Positions 41,278 to 54,549 of a stretch of DNA of 64,000 bases are shown here, piece after piece (within the stretch, counting starts at the first letter, position 1; each line of letters opens with the position of its first letter). The stretch is from Octopus vulgaris (taxonomy: Eukaryota). A program made the translations under genes and the position numbers. The stretch lies in the NCBI GenBank assembly GCA_951406725.2, contig OX597820.1:9362001-9426000 (forward strand). Reading direction: 5' to 3'. The notes under the pieces are model-generated. The model searched no databases. It was not told where the DNA came from and saw nothing but the letters and a program-made list of their open reading frames with translations.

Positions 41278-41706
41278 AATAAATTCAAAATTACATGGAG
41301 CATAAAAGCATAAAGAATACTAAGGAGAGAATGTGTAGTATTTTTAACTCGACAGCTGTTTCTGGGAGTTCAGAATTTTGTAATAATCTTAATGTTCATA
41401 ATTTGCACTTTGACAGGGTAGTTACATGATATCGAATATTTAAATTATTAGTTTATCAGATAAATTCGTTCATATTTTTTCTATATCTGGAAAGAGGTAA
41501 AATTTATTCAAATTTCAAAAGTTGAAAAGGAAGATTAGAGCTATAAAGAACCATGAAGCCCTACAGTGAAAACATTTTTCGTATTAATTCAAATAATATT
41601 GGAAAGATGTAAAATAAATAGAAAAGAAAAGAACCCAGAAAAAAAAAAACAAAAACAAAACCGAACGAATTTATCTCAAAATCCAATAAAATAAACAATA
41701 AACATT

Positions 41707-42246
41707 AAACAGCAGCAGCACGACACTGTGAAGTGTATTTGACATAAGGGATGATGCTACTGTAGTTTATAGCCCTAGGAAGACATCTTCCTCCTGCTGG
41801 CTAACGAGGAGACGTCTTCCTGGGGCTATAAACACCAGTAACATCGTCCCCTATGGGTCTGCCATATTTAAGTGGCAAATATACTTCACAATGTCGGAGC
41901 TGCTACTGTTTACATCTCGCTCAGAGAATTATTATTGCTTGTTTCTCCCTTTTTTGAGATCAGCGACAGTTTGTCACTGGAAAAAAGCATAGAGTATTTT
42001 GCGTTTGGAATGAGCTTTCGCCGTTAGCTGCTGATTGTCATACGCCGATGACGAGTTACTATTCAGAAACCCGGGTCCATGTGTATCACGTAAGGCTAGA
42101 AATGGGAACGATGATTTCCCTTCGCAAATACTGATCGGACACAGACAGTGTGTCGTTAGCCAGCTAGAGGAGATGTGTTCCTGGGGCTATAAACAATAAT
42201 AACATCGTCCCATATGGGTCTGGCATATTTAGGTGGCAAATATACC
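41707..42246 (+). mobile_element. Penelope-like element remnant: inverted plus direct pseudo-LTR with a hammerhead motif
   Basis: 41707-41805 is the reverse complement of 41806-41911; 41806-41885 recurs at ~42167-42246; hammerhead core at 42039-42083. Confidence 0.65.
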
Positions 42247-42504
42247 TTTCGAATCCCATAAAATTAATTTATTCTAAAATATCCTTACACAGCCTTCATT
42301 TTTGTGGCTTCATTGTGGTTGTCAGTAATTTCAATACAATAATTAAATCTTTCCTGTTTCAACATAACTTGTGCCATTTTTAGGAGTGAAGGCAGCTATT
42401 TTCCCATCCATTTATAGATTGAATGATTAAATGAGGCTAAGTAAACAGAAATAATAAACGGTTGACTGTCTGTGGCCTCTTGCTTTTAAATTGACATTAT
42501 ATGT

Positions 42505-42547
<43 letters not shown>

Positions 42548-43128
42548 GGCGCATGGCTCGGTGGTTAAAGCGTCGAGCTTACGATCGTGAGGTTGTGAGT
42601 TCGAATCCCGGACCGGGCTGCGTGTTGTGTTCTTGAGAAAGACTTTATTTCACGTTGCTCCAGTTCACTCAGCTGTAGAAATGAGTTGCGTCGTCACTGG
42701 TGCCAAGCTGTATCGGCCCCTTTGCCTTTCCCTTGGATAACACTGGAGGCGTGGAGAGGGGAGGCTGGTATGCATGGGCGACTGCTTGTCTTCCATAAAT
42801 AACCTATTTCTTTACTACCCACATGGGGCTAAACACAGAGAGGACAAACAAGGACAGACAGTCTATTACAGTCTATTAAATCGACCCCACTGCGTAACTG
42901 GTACTTATGTAATCGACCCCGAAAGGATGAAAGGTAAAGTCGACCTCGGCGGAATTTGAACTCAGAACGTAGCAGCAGACGAAATACTGCTAAGTATTTC
43001 GTCCAGCGTACTAACGATTCTGCCAGCTCGCCGCCTTCTTCCATAAACAACCTTGCTCGGACTTGTGCCTGGGAGAGTAACTTTCTAGGTGCAATCCCAT
43101 GGTCAGTCATGACTGAAGCGGGTCTCAG
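42548..43128 (+). mobile_element. tRNA-derived SINE family D interrupted by SINE A (42806-43036, minus) with 17-bp TSD
   Basis: A/B boxes TGGCTCGGTGG, GAGTTCGAATCCC; TSD TCTTCCATAAA(T/C)AACCT at 42789-42805 and 43037-43053. Confidence 0.8.
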
Positions 43129-43158
43129 CATACATACATACATACATACATACATACA

Positions 43159-43206
<48 letters not shown>

Positions 43207-43231
43207 AACATATATATGTGTGTATATATGT

Positions 43232-43410
43232 GTCACTAACTACGTGGGAGAATGGCTGCATGACTTCCTGAAGGATAGAAGTCAGGTGGTAGTAGCCAAT
43301 GGGGCCACCTCCAGTGACATGCAAATAGTAAGCGGTGTTCCGCAAAACATTGTTGTGGGACCACTTCTGTTCATAATAGCCCTCTCAGATATGCCCTCAG
43401 CCACACAGAT
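43232..43410 (+). pseudogene. CR1-group RT fragment between (TA) tracts
   Basis: WLHDFLKDRSQVVVANG..SGVPQNIVVGPLLFII. Confidence 0.8.
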
Positions 43411-43488
43411 ATATATATATAAAGCAAGTAGGTAGAATTGTTAACACGTTTAACTATCCAGTCTTTTGTCTTTAAATATCAATATCAA

Positions 43489-43568
<80 letters not shown>

Positions 43569-43608
43569 CATCCATCCATCCATCCATCCATCCATCCATC
43601 CATCTATG

Positions 43609-43649
<41 letters not shown>

Positions 43650-43854
43650 GTACAGGCGATATATATTAAAGTACAGGCGAAGATATATAAACCTCAGAGG
43701 GATAAAAATATCCAAGATTAGACTTAGACTGGTTGAATACCTAATAATATAAGCACACACACACACACACACACAAACCAAGACAGAAGTTGGAGATAAG
43801 ATTAATAAAAATTTATTAATATATTGACAAGACCTACAATTGTTTCAATTCATC

Positions 43855-44169
43855 GCTTATAGCATAAAAATCAATCAAATTTAATTAAATCAATTTGGTT
43901 GATTATTAAAAGCCAGAATATCATCTGGGAAGAACGTACGAAAATATTTATATATAACATATCAAAAACATAACGAAAACATTAAAAACGCAAACAGGAA
44001 AAATAAAACAGGTTTCCTATTTTCCTGTTTGCTTTTTAATGTTTTCGTTATGTTTTCAATATGCTATATAAATATTTCTTTATACGTTCTTCCTTGATAA
44101 TATTCTGGCTTAATAAATTAATCAAATTGATTTTATTAAATAAAATTTGATTGATTTTATGCTATAAGC
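43855..44169. repeat. AT-rich long inverted repeat (~150-bp arms)
   Basis: GCTTATAGCATAAAAATCAATCAAATTT... mirrored by ...AAATTTGATTGATTTTATGCTATAAGC. Confidence 0.85.
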
Positions 44170-44170
44170 T

Positions 44171-46350
44171 TTGCGTGAACAAAGGCAAGCAGACTCATTA
44201 CTGGAACCTTCTAATATGTTGTTCATTGAACAAATATTACTCAGGGCAACAAGGGGTAACAACTTGGATCTCTGCTTCACAAATATGGGCCTTATCCATA
44301 ACGTGAAGGTGACGCCAACAGCTTTCTCGGACCTCTGCATTGTAGAACTAACAATGTATGATCCCAGGCGAATTGCTGGCGTCTACCCTACAAAAAGGAC
44401 TTAAGCTATATTTAACTTAAATTTCCGTAAAACAAATCGGAAATCAATCTACAAAAAGATCTACAAATAAAACTAGTCTGACTGTCTATGCAAGACAACG
44501 ACTCGGAACTGAAACATTGCAAGTTATATGCACTAAATATAAAAAGAAGGCCAGCATACCCATAAATAAAATCTCCAGAGACAGAAAAACCCTTATTAGG
44601 TACAGCACAAAAAGGTCTCAAACTGGTTGAGTGGGCAACTGAAGGCTGGTGAAAAGTCTAAGTTAAGACGGGATCTCCAGGAAATTGAAAGTAGAACCAA
44701 CTTTTCTCGTGGAACAGAAAGAGTAGAGAGAAAGAACAAAGCTGTGGAAAGCATAAAAACATACCTTTGAGCTTTCTATAAATTTGCAAAAGATTCGGCC
44801 ACAGTGTAGTACCAAATATGATCATTGTCCCAAGGGAATGGCTCACTGACCGCGAACCCCCAAAAGATAAGTGAAGTGTTCAGTGAACAATTCAAAAGTG
44901 TCTTCATCTCTTCACTGAGACACATACAAATTAATAATCCAGCTGAGTTCTTAGACATTACAACGCTGCAGGGGAAGGCGACAGCCATCGATTGCACGGC
45001 CATTGAACAGGCAGACGTACCAGCAGCCATTGATGAAATGAACGTAAACTCTGCAACTGGCCCCTAAGCTTTCCCAGTTATTCTCTTAAAGTCACGTAAG
45101 CAGGCTTTAACGAAACCGCTTCAAATATTTTTCCAGAATTTCCTTGCACGTAGTAAACTTCTTAAAAAAACTAAAAACGAATGCATGACTAAGAGTGGAA
45201 GCAGAGCAGAGGCAAAAAACGACAGACTTCACATATCAACAATGTCATACAAGGAATTCTCAGAAGGAAACTGATCAGATTCCTTGAAGAAAAAGACTTG
45301 ATGAGCGATACTTAGCATGCTTTCCGTCCTGGAAGAAACTGCTTAACACTGCTCTTATAGCAGTGACCTTGTTTTTTGAAGAAGCCGCTCAACTATTCAA
45401 ATGTCGATGTAGTGTATCTTGACAAGGCGGATCATAGCATGATGGTCATAAACTGCAAGATCTTGGTATAGCTGGTAAACTAGGAGAGTGACTGCACAAC
45501 TTCTTAAAAGAAGTTGCAGCTAATGGTGCTCTTTCCAGGGAAAGACAAATTCTGAGAGGAATCCCTCAGGAAACTGTCTTGGGGCCATTACTGTTTATAA
45601 AAGCCCTTTTAGACTTGCTAATAGTGAATCAGCCATCCACTGTCACTAGCTATGCAAATGATTCAAAATTATCACAGGCAACAAAGAACTCTGATGATGT
45701 CGCAAGCTTGCAGCGGGACTTAAATGCAATATACAAGTAGTATGAACAAAACAACATGCAATTTAAGGCGAGAAAATTTCAAGCCCTGTGCTATCAACTC
45801 ACGAATTCACAGCCCGCATATCAGGACTCGAATGCACTGCAATCCCAGAGTCACAGATAGTGAGAGACTTGGGGGGTCAGTATGTGTATAGCTGCACTGT
45901 TTCATGTGCACATTACCAAGATGGCAACAAAGTGCAGACAATTGGTGGGATGGATTCTAAGGTTCTTCAGAACAAGTAACCAAGAACTCATGTTGGCCCT
46001 TGTGGAAGACCTTTGTTCTCAGCCACCTAGACTACTGATCTCAGCTGTGGTCATCACATAGTGTCAAACTAATTGCGGAGCTTCAAGCGATCCAACGTTA
46101 CTACACTTAAAAGGCTGTCACAGCTCAACAAACTACGACTTCATTCCCTGGAGCGAAGACGCGAGAGATATGTAATAATTTACAAGTGGAAAATTCTGGA
46201 AGGGCTAGTACTTAACTTCGGCATCGTGAGTTATACAAATGGTCGTACTGGATACCATTGTGTTGTACTAGAGGTACCTTCCACTCCATCTAAAGCGAGT
46301 ATCAGTCAATGCAATAGCTTAGGATTCAAAGGCCCACTGCTGGTAAATTT
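44171..46350 (+). pseudogene. Decayed CR1/L2-group LINE ORF2 (end of EN domain to C-terminus)
   Basis: RGNNLDLCFTN, NSATGP, GIPQETVLGPLLF, YANDSK, LHSLERRRERY; many stops and frameshifts. Confidence 0.85.
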
Positions 46351-47214
46351 CTTGGTTTCTAGAGAAAGTATTTTTACCTTGTTGAAGTTTTCCCCGATTA
46401 AAAGTATTTTCGCTTTTATTGAAATCAAGGAACGTAAGTAAAATAATTGGAAACTGATGGCACCAGTGTGGCGCCGTCATTATTGAAATAGGATCCATCA
46501 AATATATTTCATGGCTTTCTTAATGAGAGGATCTGAACCATAATTTAAGCACATTACATCCGTATATCTTTTTTATCGAAAAATCCATAAATTTTACTTT
46601 TCACTCAAATAAATACTATTTTTTTTACTCGGAAAACGACTACATCCTGTAAGGTGAATGCTTTCACTATCCTGGTAATCTCGAAACGAAGAAGCACCCA
46701 TTTATCAACCACAGATTTTCCATGGATACCCACAAATAAAATACATTATACACATACCCTAAACATTCACCAACCGGACACTTTATTCTTCATAGCAGCC
46801 TTTCTGGGAAGCACCGGAATTAGGTTTTCCCCTAACTCTCGTTTGCGAAGCCAATTGGTAAAATCAGATAAAATTGATCTAAAATAACTGTATAAATATT
46901 GATATACCCACTTTCTGGGCTGTCTTAGCAGCATTTTAGGCCTCTGGGCTACCCAATACACTGGGCCCTATTGTAGTTATTTATTGACAGCCAATCACAG
47001 TATGCATAGATCAGAATAGGGACTCTAGACCCATGAGGTTCCCAGGCAACTACCCAGTGTGTCTATGCCGATATATAGTGGCAGTTTTCCAACACAACAA
47101 TGCTTCTGGTTGAAACCGATAACAGAATGATAGACCACACACACATCGTTTGCTGAAATCAAGTGAAAATGTCACCGATTGACGAATGAAATTTAATTTC
47201 TCCTCCATTTCTCT

Positions 47215-47403
47215 CTCTCTTTTACTCTTTTACTTGTTTCAGTCATTTGACTGCGGCCATGCTGGAGCACCGCCTTTAGTCGAGCAACTAGACCCAAGGA
47301 CTTATTCTATCGGTGTCTTTTGCCGAACCGCTAAGTGACGGGGACATAAACACGCCAGCATCGGTTGTCAAGCAATGCTAGGGGGACAAACACAGACACA
47401 CAA

Positions 47404-47476
<73 letters not shown>

Positions 47477-47637
47477 TATATACGACGGGCTTCTTTCAGT
47501 TTCCGTCTACAAAATCCACTCACAAGGCATTGGTCGGCCCGGGGCTATAGTAGAAGACACTTGCCCAAGGTGCCACGCAGTGGACTGAACCCTGAACCAT
47601 GTGGTTGGTTAGCAAGCTACTTACCACTCCTGCGCCT
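47215..47637 (-). mobile_element. SINE family B
   Basis: Family motifs. Confidence 0.9.
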
Positions 47638-48009
47638 ATGAGTCTTTCCGGTTCTTTCTTTTATTCTTTCACTTTAAACTCTAACCTTTGGCACGCTTCT
47701 TGAATTTTATGTCGGTACTTGAAAGCAATGCATTGATAATTATCTAGTTTATAATGATAGGTTATTAATAATTCTAATATTTCGAGCTGGCAGAATCGTT
47801 ACCACGCCGGATACAATGCTGAGCGGTATTTCGTCCAGCTTAAACTCTGTGACTTCAAATTCCACCGAGGTCGACTTTACCTTTCATCCTCTCGGAGTCA
47901 ATAAAATAAGTACCAGTTGCGTACTGGGGTGGATGTAGTCGACCTAACCCCTCCCACGAACTTGCTTTCCTTGTACCTAGAGTTTGAAACAAATAATTTT
48001 AATCTAATA

Positions 48010-48408
48010 CTAGCAGTATAGCCCGGCGTTGCTCGAGTTTATTTTCTTTTCGACCCTTTAGAATTGGAATTTTTGAAAAGTAAAAAGTATGCATTATGTA
48101 GCTTGTTATTCTCTTTAAGTGAACATTTTCCTGGTTGAAATACACCGAAAAATGGCGACACAGCAGTCAAAAAATCGTTAAAAAATAGATATTCATAGAA
48201 CAAAAGCACCTTTTTTATGTGAATAATTTTTGGTGTTAACGTGGTCCAATTTGAATTTTATCTTCTAAGGAATGAAGAGCAAGCCTTCTTCTATCATACT
48301 CTCAATTTTGGTCAACTTGCGCTGCAGGGTCTCGGAGGAGATAGTGTTAGTTGAAGGCTACCAAACCTGCCACACACACAGACAACTTCAGCTTTATATA
48401 TATAGAGA
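48010..48408 (-). mobile_element. Non-autonomous Helitron
   Basis: Minus strand TCTCTATATATA start; CGAGCAACGCCGGGCTATACTGCTAG end, same terminus as the 38-39 kb family. Confidence 0.8.
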
Positions 48409-49704
48409 TTATTCCAGCAGCTGCTCTTTGGCGTGAAATTGAGAGTAACAATAAATTAGGTTCTTCAACTTCAGTATATTTGATATTTCGATAGAATTCT
48501 GTTTTCCGCACCCCATATAACCCCTCATAATTTATTTTATATTTTGCAATTTTCAGAAAACTTTTGAGAATTTGTCTTCTCCACACAGGAATTCCTATGG
48601 CTATGCAACCCCCAACCACCAAAAATAATTTTTTTTGTATGATTTAAGGAGTATTTAACTGATATTTTAGTACATCTCACGCCCATCTGATACCCACACT
48701 CCTCCTTTTTCTTAACTCTGACGTATTCATATTCTTCAATCTCTTTCTCCCCATAAATACATTTAATGATCAGTTGTTGCGATTCAAGCAAAACTTTCGA
48801 ACTGCTCGTGTTTTAAACGTTGATTTTTTTTTTTTTTAAATCGAAAAATTAAAAGAGAAAATCTTTTGGATCTTTACCTTTTGACCGACAGATTTTAAAA
48901 ATAATTTTTTGTAACTAAACACTTTCAAACTTCGTATATTGGTAGAATGTGTCACATAAAACATCTTTTACTCTTGGCGTTGTTCAGAAAATTCTGTATT
49001 TTGAAAGTTTTTTTTGTTAAAGTTGTCGTATTTCGGTAATTTCAACCAATCAATGACGTGTATTCAGCTGAATAAAATTACTGCTGTTGTTTGTCAACAA
49101 CTATCGGAGGTGTATATTTCGTTTGTCACTGTTAGTTATAACATGTTTTTTTTTGTTTCATAGTCATATCAATTCCCGTGTGTAGAACACAAATTCGCAA
49201 AAGTTTTCTGAAAATGCCAAAAAATTTTTTTTAATGTTATGAGGGGTTATATGTTGTGCTTCAAGCAGAATTCCTCCGATATTTCACTCTACTTTGTTTG
49301 CATGGAAATCTCCACTCAAGCACAATTTCCAAATTCAAAGCTCTGGTTCCACAACTGTTCCAATGTTTCCTGTACCGTCTCTCCTTGTCTTCGAGAAAGA
49401 TAAGGGATCTCTGCGACTTCACTGTTGCAGGTTTCAAAGTCTCCAACCACAAACGACCAAACACTTTTAAATGCATTATTCGCAGGTGATGCAATACCTG
49501 TCCTTACAACAATGATACTACAACCATTAACGGCCCTAAGTAACAACACGACAAGAAAAAAAAAAAAAAAAACTTATACTGAACGTCTACCAACATCATA
49601 TACTCATCAATACATCATTTTCAAAATCTTTACATTGCTAAATACAGGCCTTTCTTCATTCATCTCTTCTTCTGCAAACATTTCCTCAAAATCTTACCGA
49701 ATCA

Positions 49705-50286
49705 TTCTTTTCTACTCTAGGCACAGGGCCCGAAATTTTGGGGGCGGGAGCCCGTCAATTAGATCGACCCCCAGTACGCAACTGGTATCAACCCCGAAAG
49801 GGATGAAAGGAAAAGTCGACCTTGGCGGAATTTGAACACAGAACGCAAAGACAACCGAAATACCTGTTTCTTTATTACCCACAAGGGGATAAACATAGAG
49901 GGGGAAAACAAGGACAGACAAACGGATTAAATCGATTACATCGACCCCAGTGCATAACTGGTACTTGATTTTTCGACCCCGAAAGGATGAAAGGCAAAGT
50001 CGACCTCGGCGGAATTTGAACTCAGAACGTAGCGGCAGACGAAATACCTATTTCTGTTTCTTTACTACCCACAAGGGGCTAAACACAGAGGGGACAAACA
50101 AGGATAGACAAACGGATTAAGTCGATTATATCGACCCCAGTGCGTAACTGGTACTTAATTTATCGACCCCGAAAGGATGAAAGGCAAAGTCGACCTCGGC
50201 GGAATTTGAACTCAGAACGTAACAGTTGACGAAATACGGCTAAGCATTTCGCCCGGCTTGCTAACGTTTCTGCCAGCTCGCTGCCT
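49705..50286 (-). mobile_element. SINE family A trimer
   Basis: Junctions GAAATACC|TGTTTC at ~49864 and GAAATACC|TATTTC at ~50048. Confidence 0.88.
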
Positions 50287-50359
50287 TAATACCAAATCAT
50301 TCTGTCCATCGCCTCCTATTGAATGGGCAATATTATGTCTAAGTTTTGATTTTTTTCTA

Positions 50360-50712
50360 AGCCGTATTTCATCTGCCGTTACGTTCTGAGTTCAAATTCC
50401 GCCGAGGTCGACTTTGTCTTTCATCCTTTCGGGGTCGATAAATTAAGTACCATTTACGCACTGGGGTTGATATAATCGACTTAATCCGTCTGTCTCTCCT
50501 TGTTTGTCCCCTCTGTGTTTAGCCCCTTGTGGGTAGTAAAGAAATAGGTATTTTGTCTGCCGCTACGTTCTGAGTTTAAAATCCACCGAAGTTGACTTAG
50601 CCTTTCATCCTTTCCGGGGTCGATTAGATAAGTACCAGTTACGCACTAGGGTCGGTGTAACTAACTTAATCCCTTCCCCCAAGCTGCCCTTGTGGCAAAA
50701 TTATGAAATCAT
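50360..50712 (+). mobile_element. SINE family A dimer, headless
   Basis: Junction AAAGAAATA|GGTATTTTG at ~50547. Confidence 0.85.
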
Positions 50713-50785
50713 TATTAACGCAAAATACTCTTTCAGCATGCATCTATGGTGGTAATTTTCTTCGATAATTTTTTGATTGGCAAAA

Positions 50786-51092
50786 GAGTAATCACTCGCC
50801 ATATCGCGGTTCAGCTATCGCGGTTCAGCTATCGCGGTTCAGCTATCGCGGTTCAGCTATCGCGGTTCAGCTATCGCGGTTCAGCTATCGCGGTTCAGCT
50901 ATCGCGGTTTAATATTTAAGCTTACGCCGATTCCTCCACGGTGTTGTTTTGCATTTGTAATAAAATAAATATATATAAATTATAAAAATAATAATAAAAC
51001 ATATACAATACAGTACTGTTTCTACTTCGCGGATTTTCACTTATCGCGGGAGGTTTTGGAACGTGACACCCGCGATAGTCGAGGGATTACTG
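50786..51092. mobile_element. pogo/Tigger-like MITE with an internal 14-bp tandem array
   Basis: Right TIR CGCGATAGTCGAGGGATTACTG|TA, degenerate left TIR GAGTAATCACTCGCCATATCGCG; (TATCGCGGTTCAGC)x7.7 at 50802-50909. Confidence 0.75.
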
Positions 51093-51109
51093 TATAGATT
51101 TTCTTTCAT

Positions 51110-51388
51110 TCTTTTACTTGTTTCAGTCATTTGACTGCGGCCATGCTGGAGCACCGCCTTTAGTCGAGCAAATCGACCCCGGGACTTATTCTTTATAAGC
51201 CCAGTACTTATTCTATCGGTATCTTTTGCCGAACCGCTAAGTTATGGGGACGTAAACACACCAGCATCGGTTGTCAAGCAATGTTTGTGGTGGGGAATGA
51301 CAAGCACAGACACAAACATACATACATACATACATACATACATACATACACACAAACATACATACATACATACATATATATATACATA

Positions 51389-51429
<41 letters not shown>

Positions 51430-51540
51430 ACACACATACATACATACATACATACATGAATACATGAATACATACATACATACATACATAGATACATACA
51501 TACATACATACATACATACATACATACATACATACATACA

Positions 51541-51615
<75 letters not shown>

Positions 51616-51777
51616 ATATACGACGGGCTTCTTTCAATTTCTGCCTACCAAATCCATTCACAACGCTTTGGTCGACCCGAGGCTACAGTAGAAAGCACTT
51701 ACCCAACGTGCCACGCAGTGGGACTGAACTTGGAACCATGTGGTTGGTAAGCAAGCTACTCAGCTCACAGCCACTCC
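51110..51777 (-). mobile_element. SINE family B with expanded internal (CATA)/(TA)
   Basis: Family motifs. Confidence 0.88.
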
Positions 51778-52084
51778 TTTTCACTGCTTTTGTCACATAG
51801 TAAAGCTGCCTGTAGGTCATCCATTTTGAACGTTATCCTCTGTCCACAATAGCAAAGCTATTTTTATCCACTCTTTTCACAATGTTACTATGAATACATG
51901 ACATATTTTCAGCTTGTTGATGAAGCTGCAATTAAGATGGTCTGGATTGTTTTTCGGTTTCATTTAATTGTTGTAAGAATGGTTTCTTTTATCTTTTATC
52001 ATTAACTTGCATCATCAGTCATTAGACTGCAGTTAGGGTGGGGTACGCCGTGAAGGGTTTAATTGGATAAATTTATCACAGTAA

Positions 52085-52221
<137 letters not shown>

Positions 52222-52646
52222 TGTATGTATGTATGTATTATGTAGTTACTCTACATAATAGTTACAGGAATAAACCAATCCCGGTTTCAGAGCGGAAGGA
52301 TTGGCACAAACACACACGTACGCACACATACACTCACGCGCACACACATACACGCACACATATACACACACACACGTGCGTGTGCAGAAGTGTGTGTGTG
52401 TGTTTTATGTTTGCCCCCCACCCACCCAACCATCGCTCAACAAGCAGCGTTGGATTGTTTACACCCCCCCCCATAACGTAGTGGTTCAGCAAAAATTCCA
52501 CCAAAAAAACAAAGAAAAAAAACAGAATAAGTCTCAGACCTTTAAAAAAATAAATAAATACTGGGGTACTAACCCTTTCAAAGCAGTGTCACAGCATGGG
52601 CGCAGTCCTATGTTTTCGGGAGTTTTGCTCCATATACAGAAACGCT

Positions 52647-53099
52647 TGTGGCTCACATCCCTACTTCTCAACATAGTCACCGTTTCTCTCAATAGCAATG
52701 TTCCACCTTCGAATGAGAGCATGTATCCCTGCCCTGTCAAATTCTGTTGACTGTTCTTTGAGCCACTTCTTCATTAGCTCCACACTCACCAGACTTGGCG
52801 CCTTCAGACTATCATCTCTTCGGCGCCACGAAAGAGAGGCAAACATTATTCCAGTGACGAGGAAGTGAAAACTGTAGTGAAGAAGCGACTCTAAGAAAAG
52901 TCTACAGAATTTTACGGGGCAGGGATACATGCTCTCATTCGAAGGTAGAACATTGCTATTGAGAGAAACGGTGACTATGTTGAGAAGTAGGGATGTGATC
53001 CACAGAGGACCAGCTTCATTTTGATGCATGATACACGTTCCTGTGTTGGTAATTATACCTGTCCTAAACAAAATGGCATTACTTTTTGACTCACCCTCG
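52647..53099 (+). mobile_element. Mariner 3' end with a fold-back inverted duplication
   Basis: PHSPDLAPSDYHLF..EEVK..GIHALIRR..NGDYVEK*; TIR ...TTTTTGACTCACCCTCG|TA; 52647-52775 is the reverse complement of 52875-53004. Confidence 0.88.
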
Positions 53100-53140
53100 T
53101 ATTTTTCTTATTGAGTAATAGATTTTCAAATATCGAACAA

Positions 53141-53232
53141 GTTGAAAACACCGGTTCTGATTCGATCACCGAAGTTAAGCGACGTCGATCCTCATTCGTA
53201 CTTAGATGGGGTGGGGGAGTAACCCAGGTACT
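53141..53232 (+). pseudogene. 5S rRNA pseudogene / fragment
   Basis: GTTGAAAACACCGGTTCT..CGATCACCGAAGTTAAGC.ACGTCG...GTACTTAGATGGG matches invertebrate 5S; 5' end missing and 3' half degraded. Confidence 0.8.
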
Positions 53233-53409
53233 TTTATTCGTTTTTATAGGCGCAGGTATGGCTGTATGTTTATGAAGCTCGTTTTGAAAGTACGTAGTTC
53301 GGGTTCAATTCCACAATGCGGCACCTTTGGCAAGTGTCTTCTACTATAGCCCCGGATCGACCCATTCCTTCTGAGCGAATTTGGTTGTCAGAAACCGTGT
53401 GGAAGTTCA

Positions 53410-54086
53410 TCGTATAAGACGCATCAGATGTGGTGTGCAAGAGAGACGTTTGTGCTGGTGTAATCATGTGATGCGTATGGATGAAAATAGCTGTGTAAAG
53501 AAGTGCCGATCTCTAACTGTGGAGGGAACCTGTGATAGAAGTAGGCCCAGGAAGACATGGGCCTCGAACTTTGGGCCTCGTGGCGGCAATGACTAATGAC
53601 CGAGACCTTTGGCGATACGCTGTGCTTGAGAAAGCACGCCAAGCCAAGTGAAATCATGATCGTGGCCGATTCTGGTGTCACGTAACTGGCAGCCATGAAG
53701 GTGGAACATAAAAAGCACCTTTCGAGCGTTGGGCCTCACAGAGACAGGGTGACCAATGCCGGTGGCACGTGAAAAGCATCGTTCAAGTGTTGGGTCTCAC
53801 GGAGGCAATGGCAAATGACCGAGACCTTTGACATTATGTCGTGCTTGAGAAGGCCCACCGAGCCAAGCAAAATCGTAGTCGTGGCAGATAGTGGTGTCAT
53901 GCCGGTGGCACATAAAAGCACCCATTACAATCTCGGAGTGGTTGACGTTAGGAAGGGCATCCAGCAATAGAAAGCATGCCAAATCAGACAGGAGTCTGCT
54001 GCAGCCTTCCAACTTGCCAGCCCTGGTCATACCATCCAACCCATACCAGCATGGATAACAAACGTTAAAAGATGCTGATGCTGATG
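53410..54086 (+). mobile_element. RTE-clade LINE 3' end with duplicated 3' UTR and (GAT)-like tail; directly fused to a SINE B head (53248-53410)
   Basis: ERRLCWCNHVMRMDENSCVKKC..VEG..RSRPRKTW; 53572-53690 repeated at ~53792-53905. Confidence 0.8.
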
Positions 54087-54087
54087 T

Positions 54088-54149
<62 letters not shown>

Positions 54150-54150
<1 letters not shown>

Positions 54151-54234
54151 AACTATGTAAAGTGTGTGCATTTTCTTTCTTTTATATATATATATATATA
54201 AAAAGAAAGAAAATGCACACACTTTACATAGTTT
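54150..54234. repeat. Perfect palindrome, 34-bp arms around a (TA) centre
   Basis: AAACTATGTAAAGTGTGTGCATTTTCTTTCTTTT / AAAAGAAAGAAAATGCACACACTTTACATAGTTT. Confidence 0.95.
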
Positions 54235-54487
54235 TAAGATATTTTTAATATAGTTCATATTGTGTTTGTCGACCGGTTTCACTTTCGATAATCATGACAT
54301 TGAAATTATTGTAATGTTGGTATATGTATATATACAAGCTTCTTTCAGTTTCCGCCAGCCAAATCTACTCACAAGGCTTTGGTCGGCCCGAGGCTATAGT
54401 AGAAGACACTTACCTAAGGTGCCACGCGGTGAGGTTGAACCCAGAACCATGTAGTTAGGTAAACAAGCTACTTACCACACAGCCAAA

Positions 54488-54547
<60 letters not shown>

Positions 54548-54549
<2 letters not shown>

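Noticed and set aside
42548-42625. tRNA gene
   Set aside because: A/B boxes are present but there is no proper acceptor stem or terminator; it continues into a SINE body. The same applies to the other SINE heads
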